Shown: positions 20,911 through 29,884 of the stretch, piece by piece
How positions within the stretch are numbered: the stretch's first letter is position 1
Layout: each line of letters opens with the position of its first letter
DNA from: Planctomycetota bacterium
GTDB lineage: Bacteria > Planctomycetota > Phycisphaerae > Phycisphaerales > UBA1924
Assembly (NCBI GenBank): GCA_033763815.1
Contig: JANRJU010000020.1
Location: 78,724 to 142,723, forward strand
DNA: 64,000 nucleotides
Reading direction: 5' to 3'
The notes under the pieces: generated by a model
Databases searched by the model: none
Seen by the model: only the letters and a program-made list of their open reading frames with translations
Told to the model about the DNA's origin: nothing
Translations under genes and position numbers: made by a program

Positions 20911-22359
20911 ATGAACCCGCTCCCCCGCTCGGCGTCGCTGTCGTTGCTCGCATTGCTCGCCGGGACTTCGCTGGCTCAAGCGCAGCGCGTCTGGTACGTC
21001 AGTCCAACAGGATCGCCAAACACCTCAGGTGACTCGTGGACGACCGCTCTCAATGGCATCGAGCTGGCCATCCAGCGGGCGCAGCCCGGGGATCGCGTCT
21101 GGGTTCGTGCGGGGACGTACATCAACACGCAGTCGCGCGGGGCTCCGATCTCAATGCGCACAGGCGTCGTCGTCCTCGGAGGCTTTGCGGGCAATGAGAC
21201 GAACGAGTCGAGTCGGAACCCTGAGGCCAACCTGACGACCATCACCGGTGATCTGAATGGCGACGATGATCTTGGGGGCACCACCGCCGACAACGCCAAC
21301 ACCGTCATCGACGTTCCCCCCGGCACCGTCGCGACCGCCGTCCTCGATGGCTTCACCATCCGTTCCGCCCGCAGTCAGGGCATTCGCGTGAACGGCAGCT
21401 TCACCCTCCGCAACTGCACGCTCACCCGGCATACGGGATCGTTCACCGGGAGCGTCTTGGGCATGGCCAACGCTGCACTCGGTTCCGTTCTTCGCGTCGA
21501 GAACTGCAGGTTCATCCGCAACGGATCGCCAGCCTTTGCCGGGCCGCTTGTCGCGATCGAGTCCTCGGCGGTCGTCACGATTGTGAACTCCAGCTTCCTC
21601 GCCAACGTGGGCGGGCCGGTCATACGCGTGCAGAACCTGTTCGCGTCGGACAGTTCATTCTCGCTGGTCAACTGCCAGGTAGTGCAGAATCGCATCGTCG
21701 CGAACGCCGCCGTCACGCTGCGCCCGCAGGGCGGCACGCTTGCCATCATCGGGTCCACGATTGCGGGCAACGAAAGCACAGGCGGATTCGCCGCCGGGCT
21801 CTCGATTGAGTCCACGCAACCCGGTGTGCTGCTGCGAAACTCGATCCTGTGGGGCAACCGTGTGGGCACGATCCCGCCAAATCTCTCGGCGCAGATTCAA
21901 GCCCCCTTGGGTGGGCTCAGCGTGGATTACTGCCGCGTGCAAGAGTGGGTGCAAGGCCAGCCCTTCAGCGGCGTCGGCACGAGCGGTGCCGACCCACGCC
22001 TGGCCGACCTCGATGGCCCCGACGACCTCTTTGGCACGGGCGACGAGAACGTCCGCCTGCTGGGCGACTCTTCCGCCATCGACGCGGGCAACAACTTCTA
22101 TGTCCCGCCCGACGTGCTGGACCTGGATCGCGACGGTAACACCACCGAGCCGACGCCCTTCGACCTCGCCGGCGGCCCGCGTTTCCTGGACGAAGCCTCC
22201 GTCCCCGACACGGGCGTTGGCACGCCCCCGATCGTCGACATCGGCGCCTTCGAGCGTGGACAACCGATCGAAGAATGCGCCGCTGACTTCAACAACGACG
22301 GGCAGGTGGATCTCTTCGACTACCTCGACTTCGTCGTCGCGTTCGGCGCGGACTGCTGA
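20911..22359 (+). CDS. secreted right-handed beta-helix protein with a single-loop GC-type dockerin-like tail
   Basis: AGGAGAG precedes the ATG at 20911. The signal peptide is MNPLPRSASLSLLALLAGTSLAQA. WYVSPTGSPNTSGDSWTTA...GDRVWVRAGTY and repeated GFTIRS/NCxF/NSxF rungs indicate a beta-helix. The protein ends CAADFNNDGQVDLFDYLDFVVAFGADC followed by the stop. Confidence 0.8.
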   Translation: MNPLPRSASLSLLALLAGTSLAQAQRVWYVSPTGSPNTSGDSWTTALNGIELAIQRAQPGDRVWVRAGTYINTQSRGAPISMRTGVVVLGGFAGNETNESSRNPEANLTTITGDLNGDDDLGGTTADNANTVIDVPPGTVATAVLDGFTIRSARSQGIRVNGSFTLRNCTLTRHTGSFTGSVLGMANAALGSVLRVENCRFIRNGSPAFAGPLVAIESSAVVTIVNSSFLANVGGPVIRVQNLFASDSSFSLVNCQVVQNRIVANAAVTLRPQGGTLAIIGSTIAGNESTGGFAAGLSIESTQPGVLLRNSILWGNRVGTIPPNLSAQIQAPLGGLSVDYCRVQEWVQGQPFSGVGTSGADPRLADLDGPDDLFGTGDENVRLLGDSSAIDAGNNFYVPPDVLDLDRDGNTTEPTPFDLAGGPRFLDEASVPDTGVGTPPIVDIGAFERGQPIEECAADFNNDGQVDLFDYLDFVVAFGADC

Positions 22360-22603
22360 GTCACCGCCACGTTGAACAACTCTGCGGAAATCCGGACAGG
22401 GGCCGACTTGGGCCAGACGCAGGACGCGGCTGGCTTATTCACACGAGCTTTGACGGTCGACTTTCCTGAGGCCGCCGAGCGCCAGCAGCCAGACGTTGCA
22501 TTCCGAGCCAAGTAAGCCTACACTAACTTCCTGATACGACGTGTCGGAGACGGGGGCGCCCTCTCGGGCGAGCTCGCTCGAACGCCGTCAGGAGAGCTCG
22601 GCC

Positions 22604-23920
22604 ATGCCACTCACGGACACTCGGAATGACCTGGGCGACGCGGACGCGAACGCTCAAGATGCAGACGCGATCGTGCGCCACTATCGCTCGCTCTGCACCG
22701 CCCAGGTGAGTTCGGCGATGTTGTTCCAGAGTGCCGCGGGCTGCCACGTGCGTGACGCCCACGGACGGGACTATCTGGACTTCCTTTCGGGGTTCGGGGC
22801 CGCCAGCACGGGCTGGCGTCACCCGCGAGTCATGGAGCGCTCTCGTGCCCAAAGCGAGCGGGACCTCTTCGCTCCACCCGTGCTCGCGACCCGCGAGGGC
22901 GCGGAACTGGCACACATGCTGCTAGAGGTTCTCGCGCTCCCGGAAGGGTGGCGGGTTGTCCGCGCCGCGGGCGGCGCCGACGCCAACGAGCAGGCCCTCA
23001 AGGCTGCAAGCTCGCTCGCCGCCGCACGCGACCGCCCGGGGCCCCACCGCTTCGTCTGCTTCGAGCGCGCGTACCACGGCGGATCGCTCACGACGCTCGC
23101 CCTCAGCGATCGCGTCACGCTCAGCCTTGGCCCCGCCTCAGCGGGCCATCCGCATCCGCGCTTCCCGCTGCCCGCGACCTCCAGCGACGTGACCCAGATC
23201 GAATCACTGATCGAACGTGACCGTTCCGTCGCAGGCGTCATCTTGGAGCCGGTCATCGGCAGCGGCGGGGTCTTTCCGATCGCCGTCGAAGCTCTCCGCG
23301 CGCTACGCGACTGCTGCACTCGGCACGGAGTCTCGCTCATCTTCGATGAAGTGATGACAGGCTGCGGACGCGTCGGCGCCATGGCCGCGTCGCACATGTT
23401 GGACGTCACGCCGGACGCCCTCACGCTGGGCAAGGGCTTGTCGGGAGGGACGGCCCCGCTCGGCGCGGCGCTGCTCTGTCCGGAGCTTGCGCACCATGCC
23501 TGCCGCGACGCCGACACGACCTCCACGTTCGCGTGGACGCCCTTCGCGTGCGCGGTCACCCTGGAGAATCTTGCGGTGATCGAGGATGAGAATCTCGCGC
23601 CGCGCGCGGCGCTGCATGGGCAGGCACTCCGCGTCGCGCTCGCCCACGCGCTCAACTCCGCGTTCGGCGATCTGGTCCAAGTTCGAGGCGTCGGGCTCAT
23701 GGTCGGCGCCAGCGTTCGGGCGGTCGGTCGCAACGACTGGGATTCGGGCGTGATCCGCCGCATCGTCGTGCGCTGTCTGAAGGAAGGTCTGATTGTCGGC
23801 GCGTCGTGGGACTGGAAGCACCTGCTCCTGCTCCCGCCGCTCACGATCTCGCTCGAACAGTGCGACGAGGGCGTGGCGAAGATCGCTCGGGCGGCGCTGG
23901 CAACGGCGCGCGGCCGGTGA
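22604..23920 (+). CDS. class-III PLP-dependent aminotransferase
   Basis: YHGGSLT, EPVIGSGGV, DEVMTGCGRVG and LGKGLSGG (the PLP lysine context) are present. AGGAGAG lies 7 nt before the ATG at 22604. Confidence 0.8.
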   Translation: MPLTDTRNDLGDADANAQDADAIVRHYRSLCTAQVSSAMLFQSAAGCHVRDAHGRDYLDFLSGFGAASTGWRHPRVMERSRAQSERDLFAPPVLATREGAELAHMLLEVLALPEGWRVVRAAGGADANEQALKAASSLAAARDRPGPHRFVCFERAYHGGSLTTLALSDRVTLSLGPASAGHPHPRFPLPATSSDVTQIESLIERDRSVAGVILEPVIGSGGVFPIAVEALRALRDCCTRHGVSLIFDEVMTGCGRVGAMAASHMLDVTPDALTLGKGLSGGTAPLGAALLCPELAHHACRDADTTSTFAWTPFACAVTLENLAVIEDENLAPRAALHGQALRVALAHALNSAFGDLVQVRGVGLMVGASVRAVGRNDWDSGVIRRIVVRCLKEGLIVGASWDWKHLLLLPPLTISLEQCDEGVAKIARAALATARGR

Positions 23921-23956
23921 GCGGTCGCCTGCGCCCGGCAGTAAAGCACTTGGAGG

Positions 23957-24051
23957 TCAAGCCAAGGCACACGGGTCGGAGACCCATGCTACGAGAAAGG
24001 GCATCAAGCCAAGGCACGAAATACAAGGCACACGGGTCGGAGACCCGTGCC
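23957..24051. repeat. nested direct repeats carrying hairpins in a convergent intergenic gap
   Basis: CAAGGCACACGGGTCGGAGACCC is identical at 23963..23985 and 24024..24046. TCAAGCCAAGGCAC is identical at 23957..23970 and 24004..24017. Each long copy folds as CACGGGTC-GGA-GACCC(G/A)TG. Confidence 0.6.
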
Positions 24052-24072
24052 ACCGTGCCAGGAACGCACCAT

Positions 24073-24843
24073 TCACCCCGCCTCGACCGGCGGGAGTTCC
24101 AGCCGCAGGCGACTCAGCAGGTTTTTCATGTCCTTGGGCATGGGAGAATGAACGTCCACCCGCTCGCCCGTTGTCGGATGCGTAAACACCAGTCGGTGCG
24201 CATGAAGAGCCAGCCTCGTCGCGGCCTGCTTGATGGCCTTCTTGGCATAGATCCCATCGCCCAAGATGGGCGAGCCGATGGATGAGAGGTGGATGCGGAC
24301 CTGGTGGAGACGGCCCGTCACCGGTCGGCATTCGATGAGCGCGCCACCAACCGACGTCGCCAGAACGCGGTACGCCGTGAGCGCGGGCTTGCCCCCGCTT
24401 CCGATGCGGGCCATTTTCTTGCGATCGACTCCGGAGGCATCTTCCCCGGCGTGCTCCACGATGGGACGCCGGACAACGCCACTGGGCTTGGCGGGCGGCT
24501 CCTGCACGACCGCGTAGTAAAACTTGGCGATCGATCGCGACTCGAACGCCTCGCGCAGCGCGTCATAAGCCTCGGGGGTGAGAGCAATGACCAGGAGGCC
24601 GCTGGTTTCCTTATCAAGACGATGAAGGAGCCCGAAATCTCGGGCCTTCCCTAGCCTCTGCAGCTTGTTGCCATAGCGCGCGAACACGCCGTTGAGCAGC
24701 GTGTCGTCGTCGTGACCCAGGCCCGGCTGCGTCACCATGTGCGCCGGTTTGTCGAGGACGATCACGTGCTCGTCCTCGTATCGAACCTTGAACACGACCT
24801 CGGCGTTGGGCTGGATTGAGAACTGCGCGGGCACATCGGACAT
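24073..24843 (-). CDS. RluA-family pseudouridine synthase (no S4 domain)
   Basis: VLDKPAHMVTQPG, HRLDKETSGLLVIA and GRLHQVRIHL are present. The ATG at 24843 was chosen because the longer ORF would overlap the 3' end of lgt. Confidence 0.85.
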   Translation of the reverse strand: MSDVPAQFSIQPNAEVVFKVRYEDEHVIVLDKPAHMVTQPGLGHDDDTLLNGVFARYGNKLQRLGKARDFGLLHRLDKETSGLLVIALTPEAYDALREAFESRSIAKFYYAVVQEPPAKPSGVVRRPIVEHAGEDASGVDRKKMARIGSGGKPALTAYRVLATSVGGALIECRPVTGRLHQVRIHLSSIGSPILGDGIYAKKAIKQAATRLALHAHRLVFTHPTTGERVDVHSPMPKDMKNLLSRLRLELPPVEAG

Positions 24844-24940
24844 TAGGGCCGCCCGCGTCAAACCCGGGAACAATCGTCCCGGTGCTTGCTGGTTCGCGGG
24901 GAAGTGAAGCCCGGCGAAAGGCCGAGGGCGCGCCCGGGCA

Positions 24941-25993
24941 TCAGGCCGGCCGACGATTTCGAACGCGGATCCACATGAGCAAGAGCGCGCCGAGGACGAC
25001 CATCCCGACGCTGAGCCACTGCCCGCGCGAGAGCCCCGCGACGCGAGCAACGGACAGGTGTGCGTCGGGCAGACGCCAGATCTCGGTGACGACGCGTAGC
25101 ACGCCGTAGACGATCAAGAACCACGCGCTGATGACCCCGTGTTGTCGAACTCGAAAGCGCACGATCACAAGAGCCAGCCCGAGCACCAATCCCTCGGCGG
25201 CTGCCTGAAGGAGTTGCGAGGGCACACGCGACGAGATCAAGGGCTCGATCTCCCGTGCCAGCGATGTGTCGCCATGTTGCACACGCTCCAGCACGCGGGC
25301 GTACGTCACATCCCACGTCTCGCCCGGGAGGGCGACGCGATCCAGCACACGGGCAAGGCGGTTGGGCAGTTCGGGGTCGGCCGACCACTCCTTTGTCCGC
25401 TCGAGGACTTCCTTTGGAAACTTGACCGCCCACCAAGGCCCCGGCTCTCCGGCGGGCGCGACGACCTTTCCGAGCAGTTCTCCATTCACAAAGTTGGCAA
25501 GGCGTCCGAGGAACAGGCCCATGGGCGCCAGCAAAGCCATGACGTCGAGCAGGTGCCACGTCGCGCCCGCGCGCCGGAGGGGCGGTTCGCCCTCGCGAGC
25601 ACGCACGATCGACCGGTCTGGCCGGCTCAGCCACCAGCACGCAATCACGACCCCGATCATCCCGCCGTGGCTGGCCATCCCGCCCCGGTTCATCCGCAAG
25701 AGATCCCAGTAGGGAAAACTGCTGGTGAACTCAACGAGGATGCCCGGCTGATAAAAGGCGACGTACCCGAGCCGGCCCCCAACCACCGCGCCCACCACCA
25801 CCGCGAGGATCACATCGGTCACGCGCTCGATCGGAACAAGGATGAGGCCACGGCGCGCGAGCCACCTCATTCCTAGCCAGCCCAGGAAGAAGCCGAGCGC
25901 ATAGGCCAACCCATACCAGCGGATGCCCAGCGTGTCCGTGAACCGGACGACGAACGGGCTCCAGTCGTGAAACCAGGCTGCGAGCGTGTACAT
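24941..25993 (-). CDS. lgt: prolipoprotein diacylglyceryl transferase
   Basis: IRWYGLAYALGFFLGW, GGRLGYV, GGMASHGGMIG and GRLANFVNGELLGK are present. At 350 aa it is longer than I expect, with an extra soluble stretch before PSQLLQAAAEG. Confidence 0.85.
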   Translation of the reverse strand: MYTLAAWFHDWSPFVVRFTDTLGIRWYGLAYALGFFLGWLGMRWLARRGLILVPIERVTDVILAVVVGAVVGGRLGYVAFYQPGILVEFTSSFPYWDLLRMNRGGMASHGGMIGVVIACWWLSRPDRSIVRAREGEPPLRRAGATWHLLDVMALLAPMGLFLGRLANFVNGELLGKVVAPAGEPGPWWAVKFPKEVLERTKEWSADPELPNRLARVLDRVALPGETWDVTYARVLERVQHGDTSLAREIEPLISSRVPSQLLQAAAEGLVLGLALVIVRFRVRQHGVISAWFLIVYGVLRVVTEIWRLPDAHLSVARVAGLSRGQWLSVGMVVLGALLLMWIRVRNRRPA

Positions 25994-26020
25994 AGATCGG
26001 CTTGCGACTCCAACCGGCGA

Positions 26021-26305
26021 TCAGATGCCCGCGCCCGCCCCCCCCGGCTCCCCCGGCCCCCCCGGACTGCCCGCAGCCCTGCCTCCGCTCTCGGGCGCCT
26101 TGGCGACGACCGCTCTCGTCGCGCCGTCGTAGACGTAGACGTTTCCGGGCTCCTCGCCCGCGCAGGCCTTGTGCGTGCCATCGCAGTAGGGCATGCGGTT
26201 CGAAAGCCCGCAGCCGCAAATCCAGATCGGTTTCCCGTTCGTCGGAAACTCGTGCGGCTCGATCTTGAAGGGCCCGGAACGCTCGATGCGGATGGTGCGC
26301 GCCAT
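26021..26305 (-). CDS. CDGSH iron-sulfur domain protein
   Basis: CGCGLSNRMPYCDGTHK matches the C-x-C-x2-S-x3-P-x-CDG-T-H signature. The tail is Gly/Pro-rich. Confidence 0.8.
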   Translation of the reverse strand: MARTIRIERSGPFKIEPHEFPTNGKPIWICGCGLSNRMPYCDGTHKACAGEEPGNVYVYDGATRAVVAKAPESGGRAAGSPGGPGEPGGAGAGI

Positions 26306-26318
26306 GGTTCGAGCGTAG

Positions 26319-27692
26319 TCATGCCAGCGCCGCGGCCTCCTCAGGCTCAGGGGCTCGCGAGGTGGCAATCGACGCCCTCGCTCCCCCGCCGTGCGACGTC
26401 GTCGCCAATGCCTGCTCCAAGTCCGCGATCAGGTCCGCGGCATCCTCGATGCCGACCGAAAGCCGGATCAGCCCGTCGGTGATCCCCGCCTCCAGCCGCT
26501 GCTCGCGCGGGACGTCGGCGTGCGTCATGGTCGCGGGATGGGTCACGAGCGATTCCACCGAGCCCACATGCTCCACCAACGCCCAAAGCTTGAGCGCGGA
26601 AAGCACGGGCTTGGTCGCTTCTAGACCTCCCTCCAGTTCGAACGAGATCACCCCGCCGTGCAAGCCTTCAAGGTGCTGGCGGCAGGCAAGCTCGTAGCCC
26701 GGGGCGTCCTCCAACCCGGGGTAGTTGACGCGGGCAACACGAGGATGCTCGCTGAGGTATCGCGCCACACGCAGCGCGTTGCGCGAGTGCTCGCGGATGC
26801 GCAGCGCCAGCGTCGCCAGCCCACGCTGCGTGCACCACGCCTGCCAGGGTGAGGTGATCGCGCCGGTGCACTTGCGGATGAAACGCACCCGATCGAGCAG
26901 TTCCACATCGCGCGAGATCACCGAGCCGCCCATCGCGCTGGAATGCCCCTCGATGTGCTTTGTGGTGGAGTACACCGTCACGTCGGCCCCGAGATCCAGC
27001 GGCTTTTGCACGATCGGCGTCAGGAACGTGTTGTCCACCAGCAAGCGAACGCCCGCGGCCCTGGTTACACGCGACAACGCCTCGATGTCCGTCAGTTGCA
27101 ACGTGGGATTCGAAGGCGTCTCGGCGAACACGAACTTGGTGCTGGGCTCAATCGCCCTCGAAACCGCGTCAAGATCCGAAGTGTCGACAAATGTCGACCG
27201 GACCCCAAACTGCGAGAGCAAGCGCTGGAACAAGCGCGTCGTTCCGCCATAGACGCCGGTCCCGATCACCGCGTGATCGCCGCTTTTGAGGAGCGCTAAG
27301 AACAGCGCGGTCTCTGCCGCAAGCCCGGTAGCGAAGCACACCGCGGGCGGGGCACCCTCCAGCGCTCCAAGCTGCTTTTCCAGCGCGTCCACCGTCGGGT
27401 TCGACACCCGCGAGTAGCAGTGCCCCTTGTGCTCGCCCAAGCCCGCCCGCTGGACATAGGTTGTCGAAGGGACGATCGGCGTCACCAGCGACCCGGCCCA
27501 TCCATCGACCTCGCGCCCGGCGTGGAGCACTTGGGTCGCGCTGCCCCAAACTCCATAAATGTCCTCCAGCGCTGGAGTTCCCGGAGCGTCTTGACGGAAA
27601 TGCTCCGCCGATCCGCGGGGCGCCGAGTTGACAGATTCGGGGAGTTGGCCGTTGGCAGACTTGAGCTTGAGTTCGTTTCGTGCGTGCGACAT
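26319..27692 (-). CDS. Cys/Met-metabolism PLP-dependent enzyme (O-acetylhomoserine sulfhydrylase / cystathionine gamma-synthase family)
   Basis: YSRVSNPTVDALEKQLGALEG and YSTTKHIEGHS (the PLP lysine) are present, and the C-terminus reads LIRLSVGIEDAADLIADL. Start at the ATG at 27692. Confidence 0.85.
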   Translation of the reverse strand: MSHARNELKLKSANGQLPESVNSAPRGSAEHFRQDAPGTPALEDIYGVWGSATQVLHAGREVDGWAGSLVTPIVPSTTYVQRAGLGEHKGHCYSRVSNPTVDALEKQLGALEGAPPAVCFATGLAAETALFLALLKSGDHAVIGTGVYGGTTRLFQRLLSQFGVRSTFVDTSDLDAVSRAIEPSTKFVFAETPSNPTLQLTDIEALSRVTRAAGVRLLVDNTFLTPIVQKPLDLGADVTVYSTTKHIEGHSSAMGGSVISRDVELLDRVRFIRKCTGAITSPWQAWCTQRGLATLALRIREHSRNALRVARYLSEHPRVARVNYPGLEDAPGYELACRQHLEGLHGGVISFELEGGLEATKPVLSALKLWALVEHVGSVESLVTHPATMTHADVPREQRLEAGITDGLIRLSVGIEDAADLIADLEQALATTSHGGGARASIATSRAPEPEEAAALA

Positions 27693-27859
27693 GCCGTGGT
27701 TCCTCACGGCATCAAGGCAGCGCAGCAACACGTGGGAGGCGAAATCGGCGAACGCCGCCGAACTCGCGGTGTGCCGGAACGCTCAAGCTCGAGGCAAAGA
27801 ACCGGCTCGGAAGCCGATTGTCTTTGCCGAAAGCCATCGCTTCCGGCCGCATCGGACCC

Positions 27860-27990
27860 CGCGTCCATCCTCGACGATTCGTCGAGCGCGAGGCACCCAC
27901 AGGGGCTGTCCTCGGCACCGCGGCGTGTTGGTCACGCTCGGTTGCCGCCCGGGCGAAAGCTCGCCCGAGACTCTTGATGCATCAAGAGCA
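27860..27990 (-). promoter_or_regulatory. candidate SAM-I/IV-like riboswitch aptamer in the leader of the Cys/Met PLP enzyme gene
   Basis: The minus strand reads CAUCAAGAG-UCUC-[CGGGCGA GCUU UCGCCCG]-GGC-GGCAACC-[GCGUG ACCAA CACGC]-CGC-GGUGCC-[GAGG...CCUC]-[CUCGACG AAU CGUCGAG]-GAUGG. AUCAAGAG, GGCAACC and GGUGCC occur in the order of the SAM-I core. This was matched from memory, not with a covariance model. Confidence 0.4.
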
Positions 27991-28150
27991 TATCGGTCAG
28001 TTGCCGCCGGTCAAGGCGGCCGCCCGTCCGGCCCAGGCGAACCTCAAAAACGACCCGGGGTCATTGCCAATACGCTAGCGTCTGGCACCCCATTCCGGGT
28101 CGGGCCGACCTCGCTCGCACTTCCTCCCAACTGGCAGCGGAGTTCCCACC

Positions 28151-29689
28151 TTGTCATCATCCGATCCATCGCGCCAATCGCCCGCCCTCGTCCCGGAGGC
28201 GCCACCGACCGCGCCAAGTAAGTCGCTGCCCCGCGTCGCCGCCCTGGATGTCGCTCGCGGCTTTGCCCTCCTGGGCATCCTCATGGTCAACATGGATTTC
28301 TTTGGCGAGTCCATGGCGAGCTTTTACGCGACAAAGCCGGAAAACCCGGGCATGCTCAACGCTGTGGTCTTCTACTTCACCGCCATCTTCTGCGAGGGCA
28401 AGTTCTATCCCCTCTTTTCCATGCTCTTTGGCATGGGCCTGGTCCTTCAAATGCAAAGCGTGGAAAGACGAGGCGCGCGCTTCGTCCCGCTGTACATCCG
28501 CCGACTCATCCTCCTGAGCATCATGGGCCTCTCCCACGGCTTCCTGCTCTGGTATGGCGATGTGCTCTTTGCATACAGCCTTGCCGGCGCAGTCTTGCTC
28601 CTGGCCCGGAACCTCTCCGCCAAGGCTCTGGCGTGGATCGGGGCGGGGCTACTGGCCTTCTCAACGCTCCTTACTTCTGGGCTGACACTGCTCACGCCGC
28701 CCGGGAGGACCGCTGCGACATCGCAAGACGCATCGTCGACGACTTCTGCGGCAACTGCAACGCCCGGATCAAACCAACCGGACGAGGTCGGAGTTCCGGT
28801 CAAGCCGGAGCAAGAGCCCACTGCCAGCGACGGAGGCGAAGCGACGCCAACCGAAGTCGCGCCCCCAACCGACGACCCCACCGCCGCCTCGCCTGACTCA
28901 GAGGGCGAGCCGAGCAGATCTGATGGTGTGCAGGACCCGGCGGACAAGGACGAGTCTCCGGTCAATCGGGCGGTGCGCGTGTTCAAGGCCGGGGGAGACC
29001 CGTTCTCGAGCGAGGAGTACCAGGCCGCCGAGATCGAGGCGTATGCCAAGGGCCCGTACTCGCAGGCGCTCTTCTTCCGCTCGATCTCATACGTCATGGC
29101 GATCGTCTTCAGCATCTTTGGACTTGGCTGGACGATCGTCGCCCTGTTCTGCTTCGGCGCCGCTCTGGCGAAGATCCGGATCTTCGCCCCCGAGCAGGCA
29201 GCGCTGCGTTCACGACTGCTGAGAATCGGCGCTTTGGTGGGCTTTCCGCTGGCCATCGGCGCAACAACCCTCACGGCAACCATCGATTCGCCCGTCGCTC
29301 TCGCGGCTTCACTCGCGCTGCTCTACTTGAGCGGACCGATGGTCGCGTTCGTTTATTTCGCCCTTGCCGTGAAGGCCGCTGAGCGAGGTCTCACCATCGC
29401 TCGCATCCTCGCAACCACCGGCCGGGCGGCGCTGAGCGTGTACATCAGCGAAACGCTCCTTTCAACCTTCGTCTTCTATCACTGGGGTTTGGGCAAGTTC
29501 GGCACGTTCGAACACGCCGAACGGGCGCTGCTGGCGCTGGCCATTTACGCCCTGCTCGTCATCGCCACCAATCTCTGGCTCCGGGTCTTTGCGATGGGTC
29601 CTTTGGAGTACATCTGGCGTGCCGCGACCTATGGCAAGCTCCCGGCGCTTCTGAAGTCTCGCTCGCCAGCGGAAAGCTCCGAGGGTTGA
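28151..29689 (+). CDS. DUF418/YeiB-like integral membrane protein with a low-complexity insert
   Basis: TTG start. LDVARGFALLGILMVNMDFFG is the characteristic N-terminus and there are about 10 hydrophobic segments. A T/S/P/D/E-rich insert of about 110 aa sits in the middle. Confidence 0.7.
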   Translation: MSSSDPSRQSPALVPEAPPTAPSKSLPRVAALDVARGFALLGILMVNMDFFGESMASFYATKPENPGMLNAVVFYFTAIFCEGKFYPLFSMLFGMGLVLQMQSVERRGARFVPLYIRRLILLSIMGLSHGFLLWYGDVLFAYSLAGAVLLLARNLSAKALAWIGAGLLAFSTLLTSGLTLLTPPGRTAATSQDASSTTSAATATPGSNQPDEVGVPVKPEQEPTASDGGEATPTEVAPPTDDPTAASPDSEGEPSRSDGVQDPADKDESPVNRAVRVFKAGGDPFSSEEYQAAEIEAYAKGPYSQALFFRSISYVMAIVFSIFGLGWTIVALFCFGAALAKIRIFAPEQAALRSRLLRIGALVGFPLAIGATTLTATIDSPVALAASLALLYLSGPMVAFVYFALAVKAAERGLTIARILATTGRAALSVYISETLLSTFVFYHWGLGKFGTFEHAERALLALAIYALLVIATNLWLRVFAMGPLEYIWRAATYGKLPALLKSRSPAESSEG

Positions 29690-29884
29690 CAAACGCTTGA
29701 TTAGGCGAGCCGCCGGCCCGAGATGCCAACACCCGAGACCCCGGCCCGGGTCGCCTGACCCGGGTTGTCGACTTTGACAGACCCACCCGATTCCCAAGCT
29801 CGGGCGCCGGCCTGAGTTATCAAGCCGGCCGGTTTGGGTTCTTGGTCTCGCTTGCGGGCGAGGAACCGCTATCCTTGGTTTCTT

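Noticed and set aside
22819-23970. 383-aa minus-strand ORF opposite the aminotransferase. Similar cases are 43744..44727 and 54125..55444.
   Set aside because: Ser/Arg/Ala-rich antisense frames. The opposite strands carry recognisable motifs or repeats.
26021-26100. C/G homopolymer-like low-complexity DNA (GCCCCCCCCGGCTCCCCCGGCCCCCCCGG)
   Set aside because: It is the coding sequence for the Gly/Pro-rich C-terminal tail of the CDGSH protein, not a regulatory repeat. It may, however, be prone to sequencing error.
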